Assembly: GCA_036172245.1 (NCBI GenBank) | Contig: JAYWIR010000002.1 | Coordinates: 1,736,001-1,800,000 of the forward strand | Length of the DNA stretch: 64,000 nucleotides | Source of the DNA: Raillietiella orientalis | Taxonomy: Eukaryota | Direction: 5' to 3' | Shown: positions 37,013 to 49,560 of the stretch, piece by piece | How the letters are laid out: each line of letters opens with the position of its first letter | Position numbering within the stretch: position 1 is the stretch's first letter | The notes under the pieces: generated by a model | What the model was told of the DNA's origin: nothing | The model's input: the letters and a program-made list of their open reading frames with translations, nothing else | Database searches by the model: none | Position numbers and translations under genes: made by a program

Positions 37013-40000
37013 CACTCTTTTTTCCCTCCCTTCGCCTCCTTTCCCGTCGTCTCAGCGCACTCTCCATGCGCGCACGTCCTTTCCTGAAACAGGTAGCGGG
37101 ACTCCAACTGGGAACGGGAAGCCGGTGCGTGCTCCGGGTGGGTAGGGAGAGTCCGGGAATGGGCGGGGGGGGGGGAGGATGGAGAGAAAACCCCGTTCAT
37201 CCTCTCTCTATGACCTCCCACCGGTCCTGAGACCCTCCAGCGCATGAGCGCGCGAACCATCGGATCTCCTGGACCGACCGCCTTTCCTGCGGCAGCTCGA
37301 GAACGGGCAGACAGGGATCCGACCCATCGTCTATGTGACCGCTCCCGATGTTTTCCAGGAGGTAGGTCGCTCTTCCTCGTCCCCCACTGTGGCCTTTCCC
37401 TACTGACCCTTCCCTTTCCCTCACAGCTGGACTCCTCCGACCTGCCTGCGAGAAGATTCCTCTTCCAACCCACCCCACGCGAGGGTTCCTTGCCCTTCCC
37501 CTTCTCCCCTCGGGCACGCTGGAGACTTCGGCTCTTCCCCCCTTTCCATGAAAGGTGAATCTAGGGATAGTCTGCAGAGGATTGGGAGGGGGGGGAAAGG
37601 GAGAATGGGAGGGACCGGAGACGGGGAGCGAGGAGCTCGCAGGATCCCAGGAAAGTACTCTGGATCCTCCCCCCCTTCCCTCCCCCCCCAAAAAAAAAAT
37701 ACGAAAAAAATAGCGATCTACCCTGAGCAAAAGGGAGGAGGAATAAATCTAGGGAAAGAAGTCTCAGTCAGTGGTGTGACCTTCCTTGAGGCTCTCTTAC
37801 ACTAGTCCGGTGACTCGGAATCTTTGAGCAGCCCAGAGTGAGGACTCCCCCGGGAGCTTCCCGGACGGACGAAGGAAGAGGGCGAGGGAAAGGGGGACCA
37901 GTCCGCTCGGAACGCGCTTATCAGGGCTGCCTCGGTCCCTTGCAGGTGAGGGAAGCGGGGAGGACGGGAGCGTTGCCTTTTCCGGGGTGGAGGAGGCAAG
38001 GAAGGAGGAACGAACGATTTCCGGAAGGAAGCGGAAGCGGCGGCAAATAATCAATGGCTCGGGAGCGGAGCGTAGATGGTCCAGGAGGAGACTAATCCGG
38101 AAGGGATAAGGAGCGCCGACGGAAGAGGTGGAGGAGCGAGCATGCATTGGGGAACCGGCACAGAAGAGGGGACCAGGATATGGCGCGGGATCCGCCCGGA
38201 GCGAGTCCACGAGATCCCGAAGTGGTCCCGAAACCGAAAACAGGAGTTCCCGAGGAAGAGACGAAAAACGAGGATGAGGGTGGACAGGAAGGGGAGTGAG
38301 GGGACGAGGAAGAAGGGAAGGTGGAGAGGACGGGGGAGGAGGAGGCAGAAGCACTCGGGAGGCTAAAGATGCCAACCCCCCCCCCCTCCCCCTTCCCCAA
38401 CGCAGCTGGGCCATGCGAGCGGCATCCTCCAGGATCCGCGGTAAGGGGCGGAAGTCGCGAGTGAGGCACCCGCACCTTCCAGGGGATGACCTGCGGGGGC
38501 TCTCGGCCCGCATCCGGATTACAACGACCGGGGCATCCGCGGCAGTCCCTATGGACTCCCTGCTGCAAGAAGAGCGCTTCTACTGACGGGCGAACCCCCT
38601 CCCGGGAAGTGGGGTAAGGGAGAGGATGAAAGGGGTGCCATCGGAGTATGTGAGAAGAGGACAGGGGACTCCCAGGAGGAGCGCGAAAGGCGATTCGCTC
38701 CTGGAGAGCAGCGCTTCGGGAGAAAGAAGGAAGACAGGACGAATGGGAACGGCTGGATAGTCGCAGATGGGGGGGGAGGACAGGAAAGGAAGGACAAGAT
38801 TGTAGGGAGACGAACCCTTTGGGCAGCGAGGGAGGGTCCCTCCTCGGCACGGCTGACCCGAGTTCCTCACCCATCAAGGAACGGATAAGGGAGAGAACAG
38901 CTGAAGGGACCCTACTCCAGCCTCACGAGAATCTGTCTGGTGCGTCTGCACCCCTCTCCCACGTTGCAGCATCCCTCGCAGCCTTGGACGCTTGGTTGCC
39001 AAAGGACTCGACCGGGAAGAGCAACTATGATGGGACTCATCAGGGGCGCTCGTCAGGAGCAACGCTTCAGGAAGCCTTGGCGCTGTCGGAGCTACCTACT
39101 CGGTCCCGGACCCCCAAATTCCCTTCCTCCTTGCAATCCTTTCCTTCTTCTTCGCATCTCCGGAAGATTCCACCCTGTAGGATCAAAGGGGAGTGGGGAG
39201 TTCCCAGCCTACCATCTTCCCGGCTGGTCAACATGCGAGCAAGAATAAGGCATCGGGGTCTTCCTTGCAGCTGCTCCCCCATCCCCTCCCCTCCCACCCT
39301 CACTCACATGTGGACAGCGCCACGTGTCAGCAGAAATCCTCCGCTTCCAGGCAAAGCTGACGCGGCCTATTCCTTCGCCTGCACCCTCCGCGACTCCCAC
39401 GAAGGAAGCAGGGTAAAGGCGCTGCCCCTCACCTCACCCTTACCCTCTCGGCTCTCAAGGCATCCTCAGCACCGCGAAGCGAGCCCAAAGAGTAATCATG
39501 TTTTGGACGGCCTCCGTCCATCCCGAGCCCTCCTCCAGGGAACGAGACCCATTTCCGCTTCTCCTTCGGTCCTGGGGAGGGTGGCTTCAGCCTGCTTCAT
39601 CCCTGGCACCGTCTTTGGTTTCCCGGAAAGGAAACCAAGGACGGAGAGGAGGGCGACTGGGCAGGAAATGACCTCATCGTTTCCGCAAGACCTGCAGGAA
39701 AGTCGGAAGAGCTTCGAGTCGGCAGCGGCTATGCGTCCGGAGGGTTGGTCAGCAGGAAGCCCGGAAAGGCTGCCACGGTTCTCCTTCCGAAAGGTCCTCC
39801 CGGATTGACCGCAGGAAGAGACCCGAGGCAATCTGAGATCAAGGTTGTCACCTACCTCCGAGCTGTGGGGAAGTCCGACCGACCCTTCGCCGATGGTGCG
39901 GAAAACTTCCCACCGGATGGGCTGCGGCGGCGGCCGGACGGAGCCAACGGGTACGGGGCTCGACATCAGCTGCGGCCCAGCCCCCGAACCTCTCCCTACT

Positions 40001-40284
40001 CCCTCCGGCACAGCCTGGGAAAGCTTCGCGCTTCGCCGTTTCGGCAGACCCGGTCGAACTCCATTTGCCCGCCGGTTCATCGAGGCGCGGGGTTCTTATC
40101 CATTCACCCCCGACCCCTGCTCGAAACCCTCATCGTACCTACTGCTCAGGGGACGCGGGACCGCCGGATCGCTTCCAGCCATTCTTCAGCCTCGTGGAGA
40201 GTGAGGGGTGAGCGTTCTGACCAAGCCAACCGGAAGGCTTCCTTTTCCCCCCCCGAGTTAAAGAGTTGCCCCGGGAGGGGACCA

Positions 40285-40510
40285 CGCATATGCATCCAGG
40301 AAGGACTCCGGAGGAAGAAGCTTGTTCCTTCACGCTTGGGTGGGAACCCCGAAAGAAACCTTTTCCTCATTCTCCTCGACCTCATCCTCATCCGCTCCTT
40401 ATTTCTTCTCCGGAGGGAACCCGGAAAGGAAACACTCCTCGTAAGGAGAATCCTGAAGGGACGCTTCCAAATCCTTGAAGGGTCGCCCCTGAAGGGAGCA
40501 TCGCGCTTTC
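40285..40510 (-). repeat. Dispersed repeat, copy 2 of 3 (probably the LINE EN-RT linker)
   Basis: Blockwise similarity to 32540-32880 (inverted) and 53700-53915 (direct), e.g. ATGCATCCAGGAAGG, ACGCTTGGG and TTTCTTCTCCGGAGGGAAC. Confidence 0.6.
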
Positions 40511-42699
40511 TACACTCGGGAGTGGCGCCCTTTCGAGGAAGGGGGGTACCGACCAGCTTCATGGTATGCGATGGAGGATCACCCCCTGAGGGGAAAGGGG
40601 ACGACTTCATTTGGACAACCGGATGGAAATCCCGCAGAGAACCGACTCCTTGATTCCTGGAAGGATTCTGGAGTATTGGTTTCCAAACCTGGTCAGTCGA
40701 CGGGTCATCCGGGGGTTTCCGGGTTCCATTAGTGCCGCACCAGAATGGTGGCCAATTAACGTCACCTTGCGGAAGGAACTCGGAACCCACGACGCACCCA
40801 TTTCTCTGGGTCGATCCTCCACCGGATGGGAAGGATCGACCCCAGAGAAAATGTGCCAATCGGCCGGCCGCCAACGCAGACCACCCCTCTCGTTCCCTCC
40901 TCCTTGGCTTGGAGTCGCCGACCCCCGCGTTCCCTCAGCGTCTTCTCCTCTTGGGCCAAGCAGGGCGGACGGCGGCCATCGACACCCACCTGGTCCTTCA
41001 CGAGAGCTCTCCTCGCTTTCCGGACCCGTGGCGCTGAAGGGTCAGGCGCCATTTGGATACCAAGCGCCCGCGGACGGTTCGACTGGGCTGACGCACAGGA
41101 CCGTCCCACCAGAAACCCCGGTCCCTCGAACCCACCACTCGCTGCCCGAGGACACCGCCTTCCCCGTGCTCCCGAACGGCAAGCCCTTCTTGACGGATCC
41201 TTCGCTGCGGCGGTGTAGCGCGGCCGAGGAGAGGCCTGCCGGTCCCGGAGGCGAAACTCTTTGAGCCTCCGCGATCCCAACCCGCGTTCGTCCCTCGAAT
41301 TGCTGCCGCTCTCGGAACGATGCCCCAGAGAGGAACTTCCGCGGGAACTTCTCTCCCGTTTGCTAGGGCAGAATTCTGCCGTCGGCGCGGTCGGAAGGTG
41401 CCGCCATCTCGCAGATCCTGAATGTGGGCGGCGGCCACATGATGTGACCAGAGCGTCACTCAAGTCGAGCAGCGCTCCGACCGCGAGGGACGCTCCTCTT
41501 CCAGCCACCTCAGCTATCCCGGCGGTTCTGAAGTTCCCTCCGCGGCTGCGGTAGAGCGCCACTCGTCCACGGCGTCTCCTATGCCCCGAACGGAGGCGCT
41601 TCCAGGGAGACCGAGGACCCCCAAACCCATTCCTGGAACGGGGTGCAAAACCTCGGCCGGAAGGGCGCTCCTGCTATGCTCCAGGACGGAAGGGGTGTAG
41701 CCACGTCGGATGCTGCCTGCCTCGGTGGCACCCTTGGAAGGGTTGAGGCAGCGGCGACAGCGGGTGAGCAGATGGCGGCCCCTCCTCCTCCTCGGCACCC
41801 TCGCCAGCACGGGGGGACGTCGTTGGGAGGAACCTGCGGGTGAGAGAATGGCGAAAGAGCTGACGGATCCCCAGGCAGAATGGAAGCTCAGTCGGCAGCG
41901 AAGTGGCACCTGCACCGGAGCATCCAAGGATCCTGGCACCTGCTCTGGAAACGGTTCTGGGAGAACCGCAGCCTCTCCTGGAGAGGGAGATGCAGGGGAC
42001 CAACCAGCTGTGGGGACGACCCTCCCCCCCACCCGCCCCCCATTTAACGCAGCTCAGCCGGCCGGTTGATCCACCATTTGGAGTAAGCAAGATGTGTCTT
42101 TGGCTCTGTTGAGTGGTCCCCCAACCCTTGAACGGCCCGGAGCATCTTCCGCAGCTGTAAACTCACTTCTCTCTCGGTTGCCCTTCCTGCCAGAGGGGTC
42201 GCTTGTTCCGGAAGGCCGCGCCTCGGGTGGGGAAGAAGCACGGCATCCTCGTCAAGAGCAGGGGACTTCTTGTGGTGGGGTGGGGGGGGGGGGGTCGTAT
42301 CGGGACGAGGCGCTCTCTCCTCGGCCCTGATCCTGACTCCGACTTCCCAGGAGGCGATGCCTGCCCGCGGAAACCTCTGGGTCGTGGTCACCCCGTGAGC
42401 CAGCGCCTTTCGGCGGCGAGGCGCTTAGGGAGGAGGGAATGGGAAAGCGTAGAGCCGACGCCCCCATCCCATCACGTCGATTCTCTCACCGCATCGCCCC
42501 GCAGGTGCGTCGGCAGTGCCCATCCGACCACGCAAACGGCGATCCACCCCACGAGGACGCGGACAGATGCTTCTGCCACCTACGCTGAATGGACGCCGAG
42601 GTTGCCGCCGCCGCCGGGAATTCCCGGAGGGTGACCACGAAAGCCTGAGTGGGAAGGTCGACGGAGAGGACCTTCTGGAACCGTCTAGGGGCGGTCACC

Positions 42700-43700
42700 G
42701 CTCTCTGCCGTCCCCCGCTTCCTCCTCCGGAAGCTAATTGTTCCATAACTGACGCCCAAGGCGGAAACCGCGGACCATCCCAAGGGACGGGACCTTGTTG
42801 CCATGAGACAGACTTGCGATCCTCCCCGAGAGAACCGAGCCCGAGTGGAGGCAAGGGTGGGCGAAAAATCCGCATCCAGTCAGCCCCGTTACAAAACCCC
42901 GAGCTCCAGAGATGCGGCGTGGGGCTTTGCGCGCTGAGCGTGAGTGACCCCGCACCCTTCCTGCGAGCGCTGGGCCGGGCGAGCGTGAGCTCACGCACGC
43001 GAAGCGAAGCCGCGCGCGCACCGGGAGTGAGATTGCAGGGAGGAACAGTAGGCAGCTTTTTCGAGGAGAGGCTTCCAAGATCCTCCGCTAGCTGCCGCGT
43101 CTGCGGAGCTGCTCCCTCGACTCCCGCGATCCACCCCCGAGCGTCTTTCCCCTTCCTCCTTCCATCGTCGGGAGGCTGACCTGATCGCCGGCGGAAGGAG
43201 GAACGAAGCAGGGCAAAAAGATGCGGAACCAGGCAGAAGCTCCCTTCAGAGAACGCCCCCACTCACCCCCGTCCCATCCACCCCCAGGTCTCGGATTGCA
43301 CCCTCTCTCGTGGGAGCTTCGAAAGTGGCAGTAACGTCTGCCCTTGGCCTGTGTCCTTGGAGACCTCGGGGTCCATGGGAGTGGCTTGGACAGAGACGAC
43401 AGTGTGACCCGACGCAACTGTTCTGCGCCGATCACCACCACCCCTTCCCCACGTTCCCGTGGACGAAAGCGGACGGGGGCAGACCAAATCGAAGGTGCGA
43501 GATGGCGCGTGAGCACCCGACATGCGGCGGATCGTCCAGCCGTCAGCCTGATGAAGGAGCGCCAGCCAGCAGGGACGAGATACCCCGCAGCGAGTGGGAA
43601 GCGGAGCCTGAATGGCCACAGGGGGTGGCGCCATCTGAGGAAGTCGCTCGCTCGCGCGTGGGGCCTCTCCTGGGTCGCCCCTCTGCCTGGGAAGGCGGCG
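42700..43700 (-). mobile_element. Decayed LINE ORF2 post-RT segment
   Basis: RMSGAHAPSRT, LTPGARAASL and PPLGLG resemble the SGxxLN, LSxxGR and GGLG motifs, in order. Weak. Confidence 0.25.
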
Positions 43701-43904
43701 AGTCGGCCTCAGCTCGCCAGGCCCGTGGGCAGCCCTCACTGCAGAGAACGCCCAGCCAGCGAGGACACCGCCGCCCCCAGGAGTCCGGAGGACGGTCCTC
43801 TACCTTGACAGTCGATGGGAGCGCATCGGTGCAGATGCAGCCTCAGAACGGGTTTGGTTCAGAATCCCGAAGGACGAAAATCACGAATGACGGTATCCCG
43901 AAAG

Positions 43905-44475
43905 ATCTTAAAAAAAGAAATACATGTGCTTATTACGTGCATCAATGTACATATGTATATATGGATTAACGTACAAATTTATTTTAACATGCATATTAAT
44001 ATGTTTAACACGCACATTGTTGATGTAATTAATAATATGTATTAATGTATACATTAAATGTTATAAAAAGTAAATACATGCGTTTATTATGCATGTATCA
44101 TTTTTTTCCACTATTTTTTATTGTCGCCATCATTTTTTTGCTTTTTATAATTCGATATGCATACATTCATTTAATGCGTTTCTATTAAATATATCAACAT
44201 ATGCTAAGGTATATATAATAAACATGGGTATTTATTTTTCTGATCTTCAGTATATATTGATAATACATAACATAGATCAGATGCACATTATCAGTTATAA
44301 ATATGCATAATAAATATCAATAAATACATACGTCAAAATAATATTAGAAAATTTGAATATTAATCTGTATATATTAATATTAATAATCTTAATGTTCATA
44401 AATATGAAGAAATTTCCTAATTAATCTACATATAAATACATACATTAATACATGCAAGAAGTGTGTTTATTTTTT
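43905..44475. repeat. Very AT-rich low-complexity island
   Basis: Abrupt switch to TAATAT/ATACAT-type sequence with sharp borders inside GC-rich DNA. Confidence 0.8.
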
Positions 44476-44891
44476 ATGATGTTTCGGGATTACGCGGTGT
44501 TCGGGGTTTTGACGGCTGCCGCCCACAGCATACCTACAGACTCGCCCCAAATTTCGAAAATAGGGGAGATGGCTCTGCGACCAAAGGTGAAGGGGATGGG
44601 CGTGCCGGTGTCCCTCCGACCCCGCATCGCCTCCGAGAGAGAGGGCACTTCCGAAGTGACTGCCAGGACGTTCCGGGCCAAGTCGGGCCCAGGCGTCGTC
44701 CACCCATGGCTTCGTCAGCAAGGATGTTGGCGTATCCCAGTTTCGATCCTACCGGAGCCGATGCATTCTCTCCGCGAAGAGCATTTGAAAGTTCTGCTCA
44801 GGACGCGGCACGGAGAGGAACAGGGGTGAAGCGCGGTATGTTAAATTTGGATGTGTGAATACAATCACACATTGTTAATTGTATCAACATG

Positions 44892-44973
44892 CAGTGGCAC
44901 CTCGGTACTCGTCGGTAATTCGTTCCAGAACTCGTGAAAAGTTCCGAAACCGTCGAGTACCGAGGTGCCACTG
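44892..44973. mobile_element. 82-bp MITE with Tigger/pogo-type terminal inverted repeats
   Basis: Perfect 20-bp inverted repeat CAGTGGCACCTCGGTACTCG (44892-44911 / 44954-44973), extending to 24 of 25. Right flank is TA and left flank is TG (a mutated TA duplication is inferred). Confidence 0.8.
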
Positions 44974-44985
44974 TATTCATATTAT

Positions 44986-45375
44986 TCAAATAGGATTTAA
45001 TTGCAGATTTGTTTGAGAAGAGCAGGCTGGGTGACGAGACCGCCGGCGCGCCAATCGCCCTTCGCTCTGGTGGGAGATCAGATGAGTCGTAACCAGTGCC
45101 ACGCAGCCCGCACTACCCTGAGAGGTTCCAGCGCAGGAAAATTGGTTTCCTGGGGAGCCGCATCCCCAACTGTTCCGGGTGAGGGGGAGACGGGATCGTT
45201 CCCGCACCTCTTGACGGTCCGTAGCGCCCTCAAACAGCTCGGGAGGAGACTCCTCCCTTGGCGCTCCACAAGCCAGACATCGCCACGGACTCGTTGTGGC
45301 GCTCTCTTCGCTCAAGGAGAACTCACTGCCGGCGCCGCGAGCGCCACAAAGATGTCGCGTCCGCTCTATCTTCAC
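44986..45375 (-). mobile_element. LINE ORF2 zinc-knuckle remnant
   Basis: WRCLACGAPREESPPELF is zf-RVT-like (CxxC...EE..HLF). Confidence 0.4.
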
Positions 45376-45399
45376 AGCCCTCCGCGTGCGCCGGAGCTT

Positions 45400-45765
45400 C
45401 GAGAGAAGCGGAGGGTTGGACGAGGCCGCTACGAGGACCGCGGCCAGGTGGTGGCCTCACCTTTAAGATGAAGTCTCCACAGAGATCACCGGCACACGGA
45501 GTCAACTCTAGGAAGAAACAGAGTGGCTGACACCAAATATCCCCTGTCCCTAAGCTCGACCGCCTTTGAGGAGGGATCATTTACTGTCCCTTCTCTCCCA
45601 CTCCGGACTTCCTTAAAAGCCGTCTTGCGTGCTGATGGTCACTCCCTTTGAACTTCCTTCCCTTTATATTTTGTTGTCGCTGTTTTCGTCTTCTAGAAGG
45701 TCAGTTCCCTGTGAACTGTACGTTGATCGATTTTTAAAGAATGGTCCCCGGCGTGACCGGATCAA
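45400..45765 (+). mobile_element. 5'-truncated LINE copy: ORF2 end and 3' UTR
   Basis: WWPHL* near 45450, UTR blocks CCCCTGTCCCTA and CTCCGGACTT shared with the 26-kb copy, and terminal CCCGG-CGTGA-CCGGA at 45747-45761. Confidence 0.6.
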
Positions 45766-45799
45766 AAGTCAGCCCGCAGCACGCCCGAGAACGCTACTC

Positions 45800-48597
45800 G
45801 ATTCCGGGAGACGCCGATGACCCGTGCGGTCCGCGGCTATCAGGTGCAATAGGAGCCACAAACCTCACTTCGCAACGATGCGGACCTGCAGCTCTCCGGC
45901 GAAAATTCCCCGAGACCCTGATCTGTGTGCGGAGATGCCTCTCGTGCGCCTCCCAGCACGCCGCGAAAATCCGGTTCCGAACGAAACCTGAAGAGCCTGA
46001 AGTCGGTCCTGTTGGTTCTGCCACAGAGTTCTGGAGAGAACCTTCAGAAACGGGTCTGGCACACATCCCGTGATGGCGTCGCGCCACCGACAGCTCCCTT
46101 ATCAGTTTAAGGATGCCGCCGATCTTTCGGGATCCACTTTCCACGCCCTTCCAGCTTTGTGTGTTTGTTTTTGGGGAGGGAGGAGAGTCGTCCTGCACTC
46201 GAGAGCCGTTGCTTCACTCCCTGGGGGGTCATCAGAGCGAATTCGACAGCGCCGCGACACGGAACTCTCAAGACCCTATTCCATCGGCTCTCCTCATCTC
46301 GGGACCCGAGGCGCTCGCGAGGCGAGAATGTGATACTCCGAAGAGTGCGTCCCCAGTTCCCAGCTAGTCAACAGGGCATCGAAAACGGATGCGAGCACGC
46401 GCTGCCGGTAAACGCCCGAATCCTGGAGCTGGATCTTAGCGTCTCCAGGGGGAGAATCCGAAAGCCACGACGCATCCAGACCGGCGCCGATCCTCTACGC
46501 CTGTACGACCCGTCGCCTCCGGCGCGGAGCCGGCAGCGAAGGACCGTTCTCGTTGCTGCCACGCTCATGATGCAGGATGCGGGATTTGGTCTCCCGCTGG
46601 AGCAACTCGCCTTCCTCTTGGAAGCCCAGCTGTGGATCTCCTGCCCGCCCAGTGAGCTTCAGTGTCTCGCGGCAGGATTCCGTCGCATCCTGGGCTGTGA
46701 ACCCGAGAATGCGCCCGTGGAAACTCAGTGCGCTGAGGCGTCTGGTGAGCCGTCCGCTGGAAGATGCATTGCAAGACAAGACCAGGTGGCTCTACCTGGC
46801 CGCCATACCCCAGCTCTGTCTGCCCCGAGGGCATGCAACGGCAGTTGCCCACCAAGCGGGGTGGGAGTTCTGCACCATCGCAGCGGAGACCAAACCCCTG
46901 GGAAGACGTGAGATCTAATGAACTCCGTCACTGTGGGCGGCGTCCACCGGCTTGCGGGCGATCATACCCGATGAATAGAGGATGGAGGTCAGCTCCAGTT
47001 TAGAAGATTAGCCCTACAGGTGAAGTTTTGGACCACCCATTGACACGTCCCAACCAGACTCCTGGCCAAGCGAGCAACTGACGGCAAGGGTATGTTCCTC
47101 GTGCGTAGTCACCGAGAGAGTTGTCCCAATGTGGGTACCAACTCCGGTAAATGGTCGCCTTAGTCCAAGAGCACAGATGGATTTCCTGCCGCCCCGCCAA
47201 CTGTAGTGCCTGGAAACAGGAAACGGTTCAGACGTGGGCGAAAAGTAACGGCATGAACCCGGAGCAATCGGTCTGCCTGAGATTCTCGAACCACGCTCCC
47301 TGCAGGAAATTATGGACTGCCCGAAGAAGGCCAACTGGGCACGGAGCATCCCACTTGCAGCCACGCTCAACACAATCCAACAAAGCGAACATAGCTATGG
47401 CCTTGCAAGACGGGAATTATCCTGCGAGATAAGAAGTAAAGAAGTAGCAGACTTCGGGTAAAGAAGAAGCAGCTGGGATGCTGAACGGCACATCGATTGG
47501 ATGATGCATCGACTGCACCCCGCCATCCTCCCCAAAAGAATTCTTCGCTAGGCGGAGCTTTCGGGCATTTTCTTAAGAGAGTTACAGACTCCCTTAGTGT
47601 TTGTGGACAGCTCCACGCTTCCCCACAAGCAGCAGGACTGGGTATTGCAGTTGTTGCACCGTGCGATCCCTGCAACGCAAGAGCCCACCAGTGGACGAGG
47701 GGGAGTGTAGCCCCGGACTGTGCCAGATGCGGGGAAAGGAAAACTTTCCCGCTCGTGTTGTTGGATTGTGTTGCTCTCCTGAGTGTCTGGGAATGCTCCG
47801 CTGAGGCCCTCCCACTCCCGATGGGCAACGGCAGAGAGGTTTTGAGGTGCCTCTTCGCTCATGACGCCATGTCGCCCGCAACTTCCCTGGCAACTCTGCG
47901 CTGCCTTCGTGGAGTGGTGGCGGTGAGAGGCCGCGTCGAAAGAGGCCAGTTGAAACCTTGAGGCCATCCCAATCGTCTGCTTCTTCAAGAGGAAGGCGAC
48001 AAGATGGCCACATTTCTGTCTATAAAAGCAGGGAGTTCCCAAACTATCTTCAATGAGTGTTCCGTGAAAAATTATGAAAATTAATACATTTGAATGCTAT
48101 TAAGTTTACTTCATGTGTTTTGTTCTACGTAATTAAAATCTGGAAATAAATGTCTGTTTGGTTTTCTCAATTCTTATATTTACTTGATTAATTTATTTAT
48201 TACTAATGTCTACTACCCGATAAAATAATCAAGGTATCCCGTTGAAATTTCAGGATTTGTGAAACTGCGTTCCGTCATAGGGAAAGTTTGGAGACTCTGC
48301 TATAGAGGATGCTGAGGACGCCAGGAGGAAATCCGTGATCCCTTCCCTTCCCTCCCAACACATTTTCAAACTGGACTTTTGTGTGTTTTCCCATTTTGTT
48401 TATCCCTTCCTCTAATCCTCTTGTGCGGACCTCATCGGGGGAGCTGCTCACGAGAAGCAGCGCCTCCGAAGCACCTGCCTTCGTAGTAGTGATGTAGAGC
48501 CACTACGAAGGGAAAAGACATTTTTTATATTTTCTGCTACTGTTGTTTTTTGTACATTTTTTTCTTTACAATGAGCGCCCCGGAGTGACCGGGTGGA
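45800..48597 (+). mobile_element. Decayed LINE 3' half with 3' UTR
   Basis: TLMMQDAGFGLP, DCARCGERKTFPLVLLDC (zf-RVT-like) and ATRWPHF at ~48000, then an AT-rich interruption (48045-48240), the UTR, and terminal CCCGG-AGTGA-CCGGG at 48579-48593. Confidence 0.6.
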
Positions 48598-48600
48598 AAT

Positions 48601-49560
48601 ACCCGGATGCGCAGGGACGTTTATTTATACCTAAAAAACATACAGAAATCAGCGTACAGTTTTCTTATACCAGCGGGGGGGAAAGTTAGCCAAAGCATTC
48701 AGGGGAGTCCTGGGGGCGAGGATGGAGAGGAAAGGAAGGGGATGGACAGGGCAGGGAAAAAAAAGAAAAGGGGATGGGGTCTTGGGAGAGGCGTGACAAG
48801 GATCTCGGCGCCTGACAGCCGGGTTGGTGTATCCTTCCGGCTCCTCTTCAGATGTGCCCATCTGCGCGCCGTAGGCAGTCTGCTGCATGCTCAGAGGATA
48901 TCTATCTTTCGATTTTGGTTGTCTTTCGAGTGCCGGGATGTCAGTATGGAGCGTAGTTAACGCGCAGGTAGGGTCGTGCCGCCTTCGAGAGACGGTCGCT
49001 GCGGAAGAACGCCCTCGACAGAACTTCGGGGCCAAGGTGGGAAGGAACAGTCTATGTGCCTCTCTGACCCATCCTTCTTCTTGAGGGCTGCAGCACTGGA
49101 AGAGCAAATGTGGGAGAGTCTCCTCATCTCCACAGTGCTGACACCTGGAGCCCGCTTTATCCTGTAGCGCATGGTGCGAGAGGTGGTTCCTGCACAGGGG
49201 GGACCAGAGGATGAGCAGTAGGAGGAAATACTGTAGGCCTGCGTGCGAAGGGATTCCTCCGGCGGAGCGAGCGCTTGAGCTCGCCCGCGCATGTTTCCCC
49301 TGGAAAACCCGCGGTCCCTCCCTTGTACACGAACACTTCCCGGTGTTCCCGCTGCGCTGGAAGCAGGCTGTTCCGACCGCTGTTTCCGCACTCGGGTTTC
49401 CGGTGCAACCAGAGCCTCCGTCTTCGTTTCCGGGAGAACCAAACCATATCCCCGAACCGCTCCAGGACTTTCGGAATGCGGTGGCACTCCGCTGCAGCAA
49501 GTACGGCGGAGTCCTGGGCAGGCCGCGGCAAAACTCAAGGAGACGCTGCATGCGTGTCAC
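48601..49560 (-). mobile_element. Decayed LINE ORF2 C-terminus and 3' UTR
   Basis: RCQHCGDEETLPHLLFQC is a clear zf-RVT CCHC. Also RRWAHL at ~48860, AATAAA (48620-48625) and a terminal motif matching the 26-kb copy. Confidence 0.7.

Noticed and set aside
45001..45471. Plus-strand RT-like reading
   Set aside because: The motifs were vague. The minus-strand CLACG..EES..ELF knuckle and the plus-strand WPHL/UTR explain the region better.
48312..48350. Second hammerhead-like motif (CTGAGGA...GAAA...ATC)
   Set aside because: Stems I and II do not pair adequately.
48478..48511. 10-bp hairpin CCTTCGTAGT/ACTACGAAGG
   Set aside because: It lies in one LINE UTR copy and I could not see it in the other copies, so there is no support for function.
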